Assembly (NCBI RefSeq): GCF_001644705.1
Contig: NZ_CP015137.1
Location: forward strand, 3,480,001-3,512,000
Origin: Dickeya solani IPO 2222
GTDB lineage: Bacteria; Pseudomonadota; Gammaproteobacteria; Enterobacterales; Enterobacteriaceae
Direction of reading: 5' to 3'
Length of the DNA: 32,000 nucleotides
Shown: positions 10,364 through 20,545 of the stretch, piece by piece
Layout of the letters: every line of letters begins with the position of its first letter
Numbering within the stretch: position 1 is the stretch's first letter
Position numbers and translations under genes: made by a program
Notes under the pieces: generated by a model
The model's database searches: none
What the model saw: only the letters and a program-made list of their open reading frames with translations
Told to the model about the DNA's origin: nothing

Positions 10364-10834
10364 TTACTCCCGATGGTAAGGATGATTGGTGGTGATACTC
10401 CAGGCACGGTACAGACTCTCCGCAACCAGCACGCGCACCAGCGGATGCGGCAGCGTCAGCGGCGACAGCGACCAGCTTTGCTCCGCCGCGGCTTTGCACT
10501 GCGGCGCCAGCCCTTCCGGGCCGCCAATCAGCAGGCTGATATCGCGCCCGTCTTGTTTCCAGCGCTCCAGTTGCTGCGCCAACTGCGGCGTTTCCCAACG
10601 CGAACCGGGAATATCCAGCGTCACGATGCGGTTGCCTTTGCCTACGGCTGCCAGCATCAGTTCGCCTTCCCGTTCCAGAATCCGTTTGATATCTGCGTTC
10701 TTGCCGCGCTTACCCGCCGGAATTTCCAGCAGTTCAAACGGCATGTCTTTGGGAAAACGACGGAGGTAGTCGGTAAAGCCGGTCTGCACCCAGTCAGGCA
10801 TTTTGGTGCCAACGGCGACCAGTTGCAGCTTCAT
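10364..10834 (-). CDS. rlmH: 23S rRNA (pseudouridine1915-N3)-methyltransferase RlmH
   Basis: The 156-aa product [20 protein letters not shown]...LIGGPEGL...LPHPLVRV is colinear with E. coli RlmH (SPOUT family). Confidence 0.95.
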   Translation of the reverse strand: MKLQLVAVGTKMPDWVQTGFTDYLRRFPKDMPFELLEIPAGKRGKNADIKRILEREGELMLAAVGKGNRIVTLDIPGSRWETPQLAQQLERWKQDGRDISLLIGGPEGLAPQCKAAAEQSWSLSPLTLPHPLVRVLVAESLYRAWSITTNHPYHRE

Positions 10835-10835
10835 A

Positions 10836-11153
10836 TCAGCCCCAGAGTTTTTCCAGTTCGTACAGGTGACGGCTGTCTTCCTGCATCACATGGACGATCA
10901 CGTCGCCAAGGTCGACCACGACCCAGTCGGCGTCGTTTTCCCCTTCAACGCCCAACGGCATCATCCCGGCGGCGCGGGATTCCTGCACAACGTGATCGGC
11001 GATGGAGGCGACATGACGGCTGGATGTGCCGGTACAAATAATCATGCAGTCAGTGATACTGGATTTCCCTTTTACATTGAGAGAAACGATATCCCGACCT
11101 TTCAAATCGTCAAGTTTATCAATAACGAAATCTTGGAGTGCTTGGCCTTGCAA
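10836..11153 (-). CDS. rsfS: Ribosomal silencing factor RsfS
   Basis: The 105-aa product ...[14 protein letters not shown]...[15 protein letters not shown]...YELEKLW is colinear with E. coli RsfS/YbeB. Confidence 0.95.
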   Translation of the reverse strand: MQGQALQDFVIDKLDDLKGRDIVSLNVKGKSSITDCMIICTGTSSRHVASIADHVVQESRAAGMMPLGVEGENDADWVVVDLGDVIVHVMQEDSRHLYELEKLWG

Positions 11154-11309
11154 AGGTTCCCCCTTGATGAGTGGTTAATCTGTCGGTTATGCGGGCTGGG
11201 CTGGCGTTAGTGAAATCACCATTTCACCGCGACGGCAGGTGGTTTTCCTGTAGCCGAAACCAGCGGCGGAGTATATCACGGCCTTATAATGAGTGGTATC
11301 AACGCATGA

Positions 11310-11984
11310 CTATCGATAGAGTCCGTGTGTGTCAATATACTTCAGCACACTTTCGGGCAGCAGATCATGGCAGTCGAGGTCTTGTTGCCGTCGATGGCGG
11401 ATATCGGTGGCGGATATCGGCAGCAGAGGGGTATGGGCCAGATAAATCAGCCCGTGGCAGCGGCGGTGCAACGGGTCGACATCGTAGGTTTGGTGCGCAG
11501 ACAGCCAGGCTTCCAGCTCGGCGGTATCCAACTGCTGATGGTAACCGGGACGGGCGCAGACCAGCAGATGGCAGTAATCCAGAATTTCCTGCCAGCGATG
11601 CCAGCGATGCAGCGTCAGCAGCGAGTCTTGCCCGATAATGAACGCCAGCGGCGCATCGGTGCCTTTCTCGGCGCGCAACGCTTCCAGCGTCTCAATGGTG
11701 TAGGACGGCGTGGCGCGCTGTAGTTCACGATCGTCGATCTGAAACAACGGATTGTCGCGTACCGCCAGCTCAACCATCGTTTTGCGCTGGCTGGCGCTGG
11801 CTTCCGGCTGTTCACGGTGCGGCGGTACGTTGTTGGGCAGCAGAATGACCCGCTGCAAACCAATTTCCTGCGCCAGCGCGGTGACCGGGCGCAGATGCCC
11901 GTAGTGAATCGGGTCAAATGTGCCGCCAAAGTAGGCGGTCAAAGGCTGGATGACCGGGAGTGTCGACAAATTGCTATACCTCAA
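11310..11984 (-). CDS. nadD: Nicotinate-nucleotide adenylyltransferase NadD
   Basis: The motifs [13 protein letters not shown] and ISATDIR match NadD. The track start at 11984 is a TTG that overlaps the holA 3' end. An alternative TTG at 11969 has a GAGGT SD 8 nt upstream and is at least as likely. The exact start is unresolved. Confidence 0.9.
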   Translation of the reverse strand: MRYSNLSTLPVIQPLTAYFGGTFDPIHYGHLRPVTALAQEIGLQRVILLPNNVPPHREQPEASASQRKTMVELAVRDNPLFQIDDRELQRATPSYTIETLEALRAEKGTDAPLAFIIGQDSLLTLHRWHRWQEILDYCHLLVCARPGYHQQLDTAELEAWLSAHQTYDVDPLHRRCHGLIYLAHTPLLPISATDIRHRRQQDLDCHDLLPESVLKYIDTHGLYR

Positions 11985-13005
11985 GCAGGCCGTCGGGCAG
12001 TGCTTTACCGCACAGAATCATCGACAGCGTTTCCAGCTCCGCCCAGACCGGTTGCCCGTAATTCTGTTTCAGGGTGATCTCCAGCCGGCTCAGCAGGGTA
12101 ATCGCCTGCTGCAATTGCGTCAGTGACAGACGTTGCAACGCCTGCGTCAACAGCGGGCGCCGGTTTTGCCACACCTTGTGCTGGTCAAGCAGAGTGCGCA
12201 GCGGCGTGGTCGCCATGCGTCGTTTTAACTGTAGCAGCAACAGTAATTCCCGCTGTACGGTACGCAGCAGGATGACCGGCTCACATTCCTCCAGTCGCAA
12301 CTGCTGCAAAATGTGCCACGCGCGTTTGCTTTTGCCACCCAGTAGCGCATCCAGCCAGTGGAACGGCGTGAAATGTGCGGCATCGTTGACCGCTTGCTCG
12401 ACCCGCGGCAGCGTCAGCTTGCCGTCCGGGTACAGCAGCGACAGTCGTTCCAGCGCCTGCACCAATGCCAGCATATTTCCTTCATAGCAATAGCAAATCA
12501 ACTGGCTGGCGGCGTCATCCAGTTCCAGTTTCATGTTTTTAGCGCGGTGTGCCACCCAGCGGGGAAGCTGTTCCTGTTCGGGTGTCATGCAAGGGACATA
12601 CACGCCCTGTTGCGACAACGCTTTGAACCAGGCACTGTTTTCCTGCGCCTTGGTGAGCTTGTTGCCCCTTACCATCAACAGAATGTCGGGGTGCAGCAAG
12701 GTGGAGAGTTTGACCAGTTGCTCGCCGGCGGGGGCGCCGGGACCAGCGTCCGGCAGAATCAGCAGCAGGGTCTGGCGGGATGCGAACAGGCTGAGCGCCT
12801 GACAGGTGGAAAAAATGGCGTCCCAGTCGGTGTTGTTATCCAACGTGAAACTGAAATGTTCCAGAAAATCCTGCTGACGTGCGATAGTTCGGATCTGATC
12901 CTGACTCTCCTGCAGCAATAAGGGTTCATTGCCGAACAGCAGATAACAGCCGCGCAGCCCCTCATGGAGCTGCGCGGTCAGTTGCTCGGGATAGAGCCGA
13001 ATCAT
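11974..13005 (-). CDS. holA: DNA polymerase III subunit delta
   Basis: The 343-aa product [36 protein letters not shown]... is colinear with E. coli HolA. Its start overlaps the lptE stop (ATGA). Confidence 0.95.
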   Translation of the reverse strand: MIRLYPEQLTAQLHEGLRGCYLLFGNEPLLLQESQDQIRTIARQQDFLEHFSFTLDNNTDWDAIFSTCQALSLFASRQTLLLILPDAGPGAPAGEQLVKLSTLLHPDILLMVRGNKLTKAQENSAWFKALSQQGVYVPCMTPEQEQLPRWVAHRAKNMKLELDDAASQLICYCYEGNMLALVQALERLSLLYPDGKLTLPRVEQAVNDAAHFTPFHWLDALLGGKSKRAWHILQQLRLEECEPVILLRTVQRELLLLLQLKRRMATTPLRTLLDQHKVWQNRRPLLTQALQRLSLTQLQQAITLLSRLEITLKQNYGQPVWAELETLSMILCGKALPDGLLEV

Positions 13006-13556
13006 GGGTGAGCCGATACGGGTGTAGCGGTCTGTGCCTTCTGCTGGATTTTCGCGTTCTGACTTCCTTTGATCGTCAGTAGTTTTCGTACCAACTGTTG
13101 GGCTGCCTGGTCACGCATTTCACGCAGTACGATATCCTGCTCGGCATCTTTGGCCAGTGCGGCGAGCGGGTTATCGAAGAACGAGCGGAAAATCGTCACG
13201 CTGAGCGGGTAGATGTCGTCACCCGGTATCAGCACCTGCGCTTTAACTTCCAGTACCAGCTGATACTCTGCTGTTTTCCCATCCTGGAAAATCGATACGG
13301 TGTTGCGGACCAGATGGTCTCCCATAAAACGGAAGGACGGCAGATCCTTGCGTTCGGTGTTTTCCATGATGTTGACGTTATTGAGACGTAACTGTTCACG
13401 GATGGCCCGCGTCATCGGGCCGTAGGGGTCACCGCTGTCCAGAATCAGATTATGCAGCTGCACCGGCATCTGAGTGGTGCCGCGCAAATGAAAGCCGCAA
13501 CCGGCGGTCATCAAGACCACCAGCCCCAGCACCAACGTTAAAAACGGGTGTCGCAC
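13002..13556 (-). CDS. lptE: LPS assembly lipoprotein LptE
   Basis: The GTG start is preceded by AAGGAGGG. The product has the lipobox LMTAGC and is colinear with E. coli LptE (...TAEYQL...[15 protein letters not shown]). Confidence 0.94.
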   Translation of the reverse strand: MRHPFLTLVLGLVVLMTAGCGFHLRGTTQMPVQLHNLILDSGDPYGPMTRAIREQLRLNNVNIMENTERKDLPSFRFMGDHLVRNTVSIFQDGKTAEYQLVLEVKAQVLIPGDDIYPLSVTIFRSFFDNPLAALAKDAEQDIVLREMRDQAAQQLVRKLLTIKGSQNAKIQQKAQTATPVSAHP

Positions 13557-13571
13557 AGTACCCTCCTTGCC

Positions 13572-16154
13572 TTAACCCACAACCAGGTTAAGCAGTTTGC
13601 CTGGAACGAAAATCACTTTGCGAACGGTCACGCCATCCAGATATTTGGCTACCAGCGGCTCTTGTGCCGCACGCTCGCGAACCTGCTGCTCAGTGGCATC
13701 GGCCGCCACGGTGATCTTGCCGCGAACTTTACCGTTGACCTGTACCACCACCAGACGCGAGTCTTCTACCATCGCCTGTTCGTCTGCTACCGGCCACGGC
13801 GCCTGATCGATGTCGCCTTCGCCTTGCAGCTCGCGCCACAGTACGACGCAGGCATGCGGGGTGAACGGGTAGAGCATCCGCACCACTGCCAGCAGTGTTT
13901 CCTGTGTCAGTGCGCGATCCTGTTCAGATTCCTGCGACGCTTTGGCCAGCTTGTTCATCAGCTCCATGATCGCCGCGATGGCGGTGTTGAAAGTCTGACG
14001 ACGGCCGATATCATCCGTCACTTTGGCGATGGTTTTGTGCAGGTCGCGGCGCAGCGCTTTTTGGTCTTCCGTCAGCGCAGCCACATCCAACGGTTGGGTG
14101 GCGCCTTTCCCGGTGTGGTCGTAAACCTGTTTCCACACGCGTTTCAGGAAACGGTTAGCCCCTTCCACGCCGGATTCCTGCCATTCCAGCGTCATTTCCG
14201 CCGGGGATGCGAACATCATGAACAGGCGCACGGTGTCGGCGCCGTAGCGTTCCACCATGACCTGCGGGTCGATACCGTTGTTTTTCGATTTCGACATTTT
14301 GCTCATACCGGCGTAAACCAGCTCACGGCCGTCTTTATCGAACGCCTTGGTGATACGGCCTTTGTCGTCGCGCTCCAGCGTCACATCGCTCGGCGATACC
14401 CAGATTCGCTCACCGTTGTTGCCTAGATGGTAAAAGGCGTCGGCCAGCACCATCCCCTGACACAGCAGACGTTTGGCCGGCTCGTTAGAGTTCACCAAAC
14501 CGGCGTCTCGCATCAGTTTGTGGAAAAAGCGGAAGTACATCAGGTGCAGGATGGCGTGTTCGATACCGCCGACATACTGGTCTACCGGCAGCCAGTAGTT
14601 GGCGGCGGCGGGATCCAGCATACCCTGATCGTACTGTGGGCAGGTATAACGCGCGTAGTACCAGGACGACTCCATGAAGGTATCGAAGGTGTCGGTTTCA
14701 CGCAGCGCCGGCTGGCCGTTGAACGTGGTTTTGGCCCACTCGGGATCAGCTTTGATTGGGCTGGTAATGCCGTCCATCACCACGTCTTCCGGCAGAATTA
14801 CCGGCAGTTGGTCTTCCGGGGTGGGGACTACGGTGCCGTCTTCCAGCGTCATCATCGGAATCGGCGCGCCCCAGTAACGCTGGCGGGATACACCCCAGTC
14901 GCGCAGGCGGTAATTGACCTTACGCTGACCGACGCCCAGCGACACCAGTTTGTCGGCAATCGCATTGAACGCAGCATCGAAATCCAGCCCGTTGAACTCG
15001 CCGGAGTTGAACAAGCGGCCTTTTTCCGTCTGCGCCTGCGCGGACAGATCCGGTTCGCTGTCGTCAGCCGTCAGAATAACCGGTTTCACCAGCAGGTTGT
15101 ATTTATGGGCGAACTCCCAGTCACGCTGGTCGTGGCCCGGTACCGCCATCACAGCGCCGGTGCCGTATTCCATCAGCACGAAGTTGGCTGCCCACACCGG
15201 CACATTTTCGCCAGTCAGCGGGTGGATGGCGAACAAACCGGTGGCGACGCCTTTTTTCTCCATGGTCGCCATGTCGGCTTCCGCCATTTTAGTGTTGCCA
15301 CATTCGGCGATAAAGTCCTGCAGCGCCGGATTATTTTCCGCCGCTTTCTGCGCCAGCGGGTGACCGGCCGCCACGGCGACGTAGGTCACGCCCATGAAGG
15401 TGTCCGGGCGGGTGGTATAAACACTCAGCTTCTCTTCACTGTCTGCCACGTCAAAGGTGATTTCCACCCCTTCGGAACGGCCGATCCAGTTGCGCTGCAT
15501 GGTTTTGACCTGCTCAGGCCAGCTTTCCAGCGTATCCAGATCGTTGAGCAGTTCGTCGGCGTAAGCGGTGATTTTGATGAACCACTGCGGGATTTCCTTG
15601 CGTTCCACCTTGGTGTCGCAACGCCAGCAGCACCCGTCGATCACCTGCTCGTTGGCCAGGACGGTCTGGTCGTTCGGGCACCAGTTCACCGCTGAGGTTT
15701 TTTTATAAACCAGGCCTTTCTCGTACAGTTTGGTGAAGAACCACTGTTCCCAGCGGTAGTAATCCGGTTTGCAGGTCGCCACTTCGCGATCCCAGTCGTA
15801 ACCGAAACCCAGCAGTTTCAGCTGGTTTTTCATGTATTCGATATTGGCGTAAGTCCAGGGCGCCGGCGCGGTATTGTTTTTCACTGCCGCGCCTTCCGCC
15901 GGCAGGCCAAAGGCGTCCCAGCCGATCGGCTGCAGAACGTTTTTGCCCAGCATGCGCTGATAGCGGGAGATCACATCGCCGATGGTGTAGTTACGGACAT
16001 GGCCCATGTGTAGACGACCAGAAGGATAAGGCAGCATGGAAAGGCAATAGTATTTTTCCTTGCCGGGTTCTTCGGTCACTTTGAAAGTTTGTTTCTCTTG
16101 CCAGTGAAGCTGGACGTGCGCTTCGATCTCTTCTGGGCGGTATTGCTCTTGCAT
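13572..16154 (-). CDS. leuS: Leucine--tRNA ligase
   Basis: The 860-aa product has the HMGH (HIGH) and KMSKS motifs and is colinear with E. coli LeuRS. Confidence 0.98.
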   Translation of the reverse strand: MQEQYRPEEIEAHVQLHWQEKQTFKVTEEPGKEKYYCLSMLPYPSGRLHMGHVRNYTIGDVISRYQRMLGKNVLQPIGWDAFGLPAEGAAVKNNTAPAPWTYANIEYMKNQLKLLGFGYDWDREVATCKPDYYRWEQWFFTKLYEKGLVYKKTSAVNWCPNDQTVLANEQVIDGCCWRCDTKVERKEIPQWFIKITAYADELLNDLDTLESWPEQVKTMQRNWIGRSEGVEITFDVADSEEKLSVYTTRPDTFMGVTYVAVAAGHPLAQKAAENNPALQDFIAECGNTKMAEADMATMEKKGVATGLFAIHPLTGENVPVWAANFVLMEYGTGAVMAVPGHDQRDWEFAHKYNLLVKPVILTADDSEPDLSAQAQTEKGRLFNSGEFNGLDFDAAFNAIADKLVSLGVGQRKVNYRLRDWGVSRQRYWGAPIPMMTLEDGTVVPTPEDQLPVILPEDVVMDGITSPIKADPEWAKTTFNGQPALRETDTFDTFMESSWYYARYTCPQYDQGMLDPAAANYWLPVDQYVGGIEHAILHLMYFRFFHKLMRDAGLVNSNEPAKRLLCQGMVLADAFYHLGNNGERIWVSPSDVTLERDDKGRITKAFDKDGRELVYAGMSKMSKSKNNGIDPQVMVERYGADTVRLFMMFASPAEMTLEWQESGVEGANRFLKRVWKQVYDHTGKGATQPLDVAALTEDQKALRRDLHKTIAKVTDDIGRRQTFNTAIAAIMELMNKLAKASQESEQDRALTQETLLAVVRMLYPFTPHACVVLWRELQGEGDIDQAPWPVADEQAMVEDSRLVVVQVNGKVRGKITVAADATEQQVRERAAQEPLVAKYLDGVTVRKVIFVPGKLLNLVVG

Positions 16155-16412
16155 GGCTGCCAGTGGTCCTTAGTGAAAATTGCTACTTCGGTAGCATGTT
16201 CTGTTTCATTTCAAAAGATCCGCATAGCATAGCTGATAAGCGACTGGCTCAACAACCGCTTGAGGCGGTCCGGGGCCGATTTATGCGGCGCCGCTAGCGA
16301 AGACGAAGGTTAAACCCGCGGATTGGGAAGCGGCTCCCGGTTGTGTCGGAAAAATCATCTACACTAGGCTGTGTAGGCCCGTCGATAAGCGGTTTCACGC
16401 TAAGGAGTCACG

Positions 16413-16895
16413 ATGAGCAAAGTCGTCCAGTATTACCGGGAACTGATGTCCGCCGTTACCGAGTGGTTAAGCCGCGGCGAGCGGGACATGGATAAGCTGA
16501 TGTCGGATGCCCGGCGCCAGTTGCAGGAAACCAATGAACTGACGCAAAAGGAGATTGAACAGATAATACTGGCGCTCCAGCGTGATCTGGAAGCCTTCTC
16601 CCTCAGCTATGAGGAGAGCCAGAATGCTTTTGCCGACAGCGTGTTCGTACGCGTGATCCGCGAAAGTCTGTGGCAGAACCTGGCGGACATCACCGATAAA
16701 ACGCAACTGGAATGGCGAGAAGTATTTAAGGATGTCAGCCATCACGGCGTGTATCACAGCGGCGAGGTGGTAGGGCTCGGCAATCTGGTGTGTGAACAGT
16801 GCCATCACCATATTGCTTTTTATACCCCGGAAGTCTTGCCGCTGTGCCCGAAATGCAGCCATGACCAGTTCCATCGCCAGCCGTTTTCGCCCTGA
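16413..16895 (+). CDS. ybeL: Zinc-ribbon protein YbeL (DUF1451)
   Basis: The 160-aa product has the C-terminal pairs CEQC...CPKC and an AAGGAG SD. It is divergent from leuS as in E. coli. Confidence 0.9.
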   Translation: MSKVVQYYRELMSAVTEWLSRGERDMDKLMSDARRQLQETNELTQKEIEQIILALQRDLEAFSLSYEESQNAFADSVFVRVIRESLWQNLADITDKTQLEWREVFKDVSHHGVYHSGEVVGLGNLVCEQCHHHIAFYTPEVLPLCPKCSHDQFHRQPFSP

Positions 16896-16908
16896 CCGAC
16901 AGCGTGCG

Positions 16909-16938
16909 GGAAAAAACAAGGGTGCCGAAGCACCCTTG
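16909..16938 (-). terminator. Intrinsic terminator downstream of gltL (hairpin also follows convergent ybeL)
   Basis: Stem CAAGGGTGC (16917-16925) pairs with GCACCCTTG (16930-16938) around loop CGAA. A TTTTTT tract is present on the minus strand only. Confidence 0.8.
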
Positions 16939-16960
16939 CGATAGGGCGGAACGCCGCGGA

Positions 16961-17689
16961 TTAATGCAGGATTTTCGCCAGAAAGTCTTTAGCGCGGTCA
17001 GATTGCGGATTACTGAAGAAGTCCTCTTTGCGGGTGTCTTCAATGATCTTGCCTTCATCCATGAAAATAACGCGGTGCGCCACCTTGCGGGCGAACCCCA
17101 TCTCGTGGGTCACCACCATCATGGTCATGCCTTCTTGCGCCAGCTCCACCATGACGTCCAGCACTTCATTGATCATTTCCGGGTCGAGCGCCGAGGTCGG
17201 TTCGTCAAACAGCATCGCCACCGGGTCCATACACAGGGCGCGGGCGATAGCCACACGCTGTTGCTGGCCGCCGGATAGCTGCCCGGGATACTTGTTGGCA
17301 TGCGCCGACAGACCAACGCGAGCCAGTAGCTTCAGCCCTTTCTCGCGGGCGGCCTCTTTGTCGCGCTTGAGTACTTTGACCTGCGCCAGCGTCAGGTTGT
17401 CGACGATGGACAAGTGGGGAAACAGCTCAAAGTGCTGGAACACCATCCCGACTTTGGAGCGCAATTGCGCCAGATTGGTGCGTTTGTCATTGACATTGAT
17501 GCCGTTAACGTCGATCTGACCTTGTTGGATCGGCTCCAGGCCGTTAACGGTTTTGATTAAGGTCGATTTCCCGGAACCGGAAGGTCCGCAAACCACCACC
17601 ACTTCACCTTTTTTCACTTCGGTGGAGCAGTCGGTCAGCACCTGAAATTGACCATACCATTTAGAAACATTTTTCAGGAAAATCATCAA
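16961..17689 (-). CDS. gltL: Glutamate/aspartate ABC transporter ATP-binding protein
   Basis: The 242-aa product has Walker [10 protein letters not shown], the signature LSGGQQQR and Walker [12 protein letters not shown]. It is colinear with E. coli GltL. Confidence 0.95.
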   Translation of the reverse strand: MMIFLKNVSKWYGQFQVLTDCSTEVKKGEVVVVCGPSGSGKSTLIKTVNGLEPIQQGQIDVNGINVNDKRTNLAQLRSKVGMVFQHFELFPHLSIVDNLTLAQVKVLKRDKEAAREKGLKLLARVGLSAHANKYPGQLSGGQQQRVAIARALCMDPVAMLFDEPTSALDPEMINEVLDVMVELAQEGMTMMVVTHEMGFARKVAHRVIFMDEGKIIEDTRKEDFFSNPQSDRAKDFLAKILH

Positions 17690-18360
17690 ACCGTCCTTCT
17701 CTTCAAATAATTGACCAGCATCGACGCCGAGAGGCTGATAGCAAAATACACAAACCCGGCGAACAGGATCATTTCTACCTGGGTGCCGTCACGTTCGCCA
17801 ATGGTGGATGCGGTACGGAAGAAGTCCGCCAGACTGAGCACGTACACCAGCGAGGTATCCTGAAACAGCACGATACCCTGAGTCAGCAGCAGAGGAATCA
17901 TGGCCCGGAACGCCTGAGGCAGAATCACCAGTCGCATGGATTGCCAGTGGGTCATCCCCAGCGCCAGCGCGGCGGAGGCCTGCCCGCGGGAAATACTCTG
18001 GATGCCGGCGCGGATAATCTCGGAATAATAGGCCGCCTCAAACAGCGAGAAGGCTACCATAGCTGATACCAGCCGAATATCGCTTTTCGGAGAAAGGCCA
18101 AGCACATTTTGTAATAAGCTCGGCACAATCAGGTAGAACCACAACAGCACCATCACCAGCGGCACCGAGCGGAACAGGTTAACGTACAATTTCGCAAACC
18201 AACTGATGGGTTTGATGGGCGACAGGCGCATTACCGCCAGCACAGTGCCCCAGACAATCCCCACCACCACCGCGATCAGGGTGATTTCCAGTGTGACGCC
18301 CATCCCCTTGATCAGATAAGGCAAGCTGGGCGGAATGGAACTCCAGTCAAAGTTGTACAT
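17686..18360 (-). CDS. gltK: Glutamate/aspartate ABC transporter permease
   Basis: The 224-aa polar amino acid permease carries the EAA-type loop ([20 protein letters not shown]). It overlaps gltL by 4 nt. Confidence 0.93.
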   Translation of the reverse strand: MYNFDWSSIPPSLPYLIKGMGVTLEITLIAVVVGIVWGTVLAVMRLSPIKPISWFAKLYVNLFRSVPLVMVLLWFYLIVPSLLQNVLGLSPKSDIRLVSAMVAFSLFEAAYYSEIIRAGIQSISRGQASAALALGMTHWQSMRLVILPQAFRAMIPLLLTQGIVLFQDTSLVYVLSLADFFRTASTIGERDGTQVEMILFAGFVYFAISLSASMLVNYLKRRTV

Positions 18361-18364
18361 TTAT

Positions 18365-19105
18365 TTATTTGCTCCCCAGATTGCCCGGCAGACGGGTTTT
18401 ACGCTCCACAATCTGCATGATCAGCATGATGATGGCGTTGATGCCGATATAGGCCAGCGTGATCGCGCTGAAAGACTCATAGGCGTGAGCGGAGTAATCC
18501 AACAGCTTGCCGGCCTGCGCCGCCATATCCACCAGACCGATGGTGGAGGCGATGGCGGAGTTTTTCACCAGATTGAGCATTTCCGAGGTCAGCGGCGGCA
18601 CCACCACCCGATAGGCGTTGGGCAGCAAGACATAACGGTAGGTCTGGGAAAGGGTCAGGCCGATCGCCAGACCGGCGGCCTTCTGACCACGCGGCAGCGA
18701 CTGAATACCTGCCCGCACCTGTTCGCACACGCGCGCGGCGGTGAACATGCCCAGACAAAACATGGAAGACAGGAAAAACTGGATATTGGGGTCCAGTTCA
18801 GCCTTAAACCACATGCCGATTTTGGCCGGCAGTAACTCTGGCACAACCAGATACCAACTGAAGAACTGGACAATCAGCGGCACGTTGCGAAACAGTTCCA
18901 CATAACAGGTGCCGATACCGGCCAGCAGACGGTTGGGGACGGTACGCAGAATACCCAGCAGTGAGCCCAGCAGGAAGGCGATGATCCAGGCGCACAAGGA
19001 AAGTAATACGGTGACCTGCAGGCCGGAAATAATCCACCCCAAATAGGTCGTATTTCCGAACGGAGCGGATTGCAGGAAAATGCCCCAGTTCCAATCTATT
19101 GACAT
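18365..19105 (-). CDS. gltJ: Glutamate/aspartate ABC transporter permease
   Basis: The 246-aa permease is colinear with E. coli GltJ. Its stop lies 4 nt upstream of the gltK start. Confidence 0.93.
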   Translation of the reverse strand: MSIDWNWGIFLQSAPFGNTTYLGWIISGLQVTVLLSLCAWIIAFLLGSLLGILRTVPNRLLAGIGTCYVELFRNVPLIVQFFSWYLVVPELLPAKIGMWFKAELDPNIQFFLSSMFCLGMFTAARVCEQVRAGIQSLPRGQKAAGLAIGLTLSQTYRYVLLPNAYRVVVPPLTSEMLNLVKNSAIASTIGLVDMAAQAGKLLDYSAHAYESFSAITLAYIGINAIIMLIMQIVERKTRLPGNLGSK

Positions 19106-19116
19106 AACGAACTCCG

Positions 19117-19144
19117 GTAAAAAAAGGGTAGCGTTCGCTACCCC
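19117..19144 (-). terminator. Strong intrinsic terminator inside the gltI-gltJ spacer
   Basis: The minus strand reads GGGTAGC-GAAC-GCTACCC followed by TTTTTTT (plus-strand A-run 19119-19125). It lies only about 12 nt upstream of the gltJ start codon. Confidence 0.8.
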
Positions 19145-19280
19145 GAAGATTGATGAGTGGCTTGTGGATTCGCAGAATGGGGAACGACCACCCTGCGCCT
19201 GTCTGTCTTGCCACGAATCAGCAATCGGAAGGCAGAATTACTGCCCTTTATTGTCATTATTAATTCGGTTATAGCGCCTT
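19117..19280 (-). ncRNA. sroC: Candidate SroC-type sRNA (3'-derived from gltI mRNA)
   Basis: The evidence is positional only. In E. coli and Salmonella, SroC (about 160 nt) is processed from the gltI 3' end and gltI-gltJ spacer and ends at the intrinsic terminator there. This window has an equivalent 163-bp spacer ending in a strong terminator. I cannot verify sequence homology without a reference, and the 5' end is a guess. Confidence 0.35.
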
Positions 19281-20192
19281 ATCGTTCGGTGTCTTGAACA
19301 GTGCCTTCATGTCGTCGGACAGGATATAGTTCAGATTGAGGTTTTTGGGCGGGATCGGTTGAGTAAACCAGTGCTCGTACCATTTAGCAGCTTCGCCGGA
19401 GGTTTGTACCTGAGCGATGGTGTCGTCCACCAGTTTCTTGAATTCAGGGTCGTTCTTACGCAGCATGCAGCCGTAGGCTTCGTGAGATTGCGGCGTACCG
19501 ACGATAACCCACTCATCAGGGTTTTTGGCTTTGGCGCGTTCGCCCGCCAGCAGTGCATCGTCCATCATGAAGGCTACCGCGCGGCCGCTCTCCAGCGTAC
19601 GGAAGGAGTCACCGTGATCCTTGGCGCTGATGATGCGCAGGTTCATTTTTTTCTCTTCATTCATCTTGTTCAGCAACACTTCAGACGTGGTGCCGGAGGT
19701 AACGACCACTGCTTTGCCGTTCAGATCGGTGAAGTCCTTGATACCGGAATCTTTTTTGGTCAGCAGACGCGTGCCGATCACAAAGATGGTATTGGAGAAG
19801 GCAGCCTGCTGTTGGCGTTCCAGGTTGTTGGTGGTGGAGCCACACTCCAGGTCGAACGTACCGTTTTGCAGCAGTGGGATACGGTTCTGAGAGGTGATAG
19901 GAAGCAATTTCACCTGCAGATTGGGCGCGTCGACGGCTTTTTTGACGGCTTCAACAATCTTGTCGGAGTAAGCCTGTGAATAGCCTACGACTTTTTGCTG
20001 ATTGTCGTAGTAGGAAAACGGCACGGAAGATTCGCGATGGCCAATAACGATAACACCACTGTCTTTGACTTTTTTCAGCGTGGGGATCGATTTGTCTTCT
20101 TTTGGGGCCGAGGCTGCCTGTTCTTCTGCATAAGCCATAGTGGCTGTTGTGCTGATCAGCATTACCGACAGTGCCAGTTTACGCAATTGCAT
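19269..20192 (-). CDS. gltI: Glutamate/aspartate ABC transporter periplasmic binding protein
   Basis: The 307-aa product has a signal peptide (…TATMAYA/EE) and an AAAGGAG SD. It is colinear with E. coli GltI/YbeJ. Confidence 0.94.
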   Translation of the reverse strand: MQLRKLALSVMLISTTATMAYAEEQAASAPKEDKSIPTLKKVKDSGVIVIGHRESSVPFSYYDNQQKVVGYSQAYSDKIVEAVKKAVDAPNLQVKLLPITSQNRIPLLQNGTFDLECGSTTNNLERQQQAAFSNTIFVIGTRLLTKKDSGIKDFTDLNGKAVVVTSGTTSEVLLNKMNEEKKMNLRIISAKDHGDSFRTLESGRAVAFMMDDALLAGERAKAKNPDEWVIVGTPQSHEAYGCMLRKNDPEFKKLVDDTIAQVQTSGEAAKWYEHWFTQPIPPKNLNLNYILSDDMKALFKTPNDKAL

Positions 20193-20491
20193 GCTCTAAC
20201 TCCTTTGCTGTTGTGGTGGTGCAAATTCTGTTGGGTATATACCGGCCACATGTTGTGCACCGCTAAAGAGCGAATAAAACGCTGTCATGTTTAAAAATAG
20301 CGGATTGTAAACATATTGAAACGAAAATGTTTGTTTTTTGCGAGGCGCTCCGCACCAAACTGCTGCAATAAAAAACTTATGGCACTAATTTGGTGCAGCT
20401 GGTGCCCTGATGTTGTGCTATCGCTGGGCGAGGATGGCCGCAAACGTGCAACGCTAGACGTTTCATATCAATGGGTAGCAAGGAGTGTGCC

Positions 20492-20527
20492 AAAAATGAA
20501 ACAAGACATGTCTGGACATGTCTTGTT
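20492..20527 (-). terminator. Intrinsic terminator downstream of lnt
   Basis: A 12-13 bp perfect inverted repeat pairs AACAAGACATGTC (20500-20512) with GACATGTCTTGTT (20515-20527). On the minus strand it is followed by TCATTTTTGG. Confidence 0.8.
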
Positions 20528-20545
20528 ATGCGGGTAATGCGGAAA

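Noticed and set aside
11210-11290. GTGAAAT-CACC-ATTTCAC inverted repeat and a perfect TATAAT (11285-11290, plus strand) in the nadD-rsfS spacer.
   Set aside because: The TATAAT would drive antisense transcription into nadD and has no matching -35. The inverted repeat lacks a U-tract. The real rsfS promoter probably lies here, but I could not identify it convincingly.
13548-15695. Long plus-strand ORFs (292 aa and 422 aa) antisense to leuS. Similar long antisense ORFs lie opposite asnB (29798..30778, 326 aa), rodA (7513..8331, 272 aa), mrdA (9200..9949) and rlpA.
   Set aside because: They are fully nested opposite strongly conserved genes. Their composition is low-complexity and rich in R, H, Q and G, which is typical of shadow frames in GC-rich coding DNA. 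They have no SD and no recognisable motifs.
16186-16200. Small hairpin in the leuS leader (minus strand TGCTAC-CGAA-GTAGCA followed by ATTTTCAC), about 20 nt upstream of the SD. I considered it as a possible attenuator.
   Set aside because: The stem is only 6 bp and AU-rich with a short U-tract. There is no leader peptide or alternative antiterminator structure. Leu-tRNA synthetase attenuation is not established in enterobacteria.
20380-20397. TGGCAC-N5-TGGTGCA on the plus strand, which looks superficially like a sigma-54 -24/-12 promoter.
   Set aside because: The GG-to-GC spacing is 2 nt too long for a -24/-12 element, and there is no downstream plus-strand gene because lnt is convergent. 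It is better explained as an NtrC-type dyad (see findings).
20480-20537. A 13-codon mini-ORF (MKQDMSGHVLLCG) on the plus strand, preceded by AAGGAG.
   Set aside because: It is exactly coincident with the lnt terminator palindrome, which explains the sequence. It runs convergently into the lnt 3' end and has no promoter or context.
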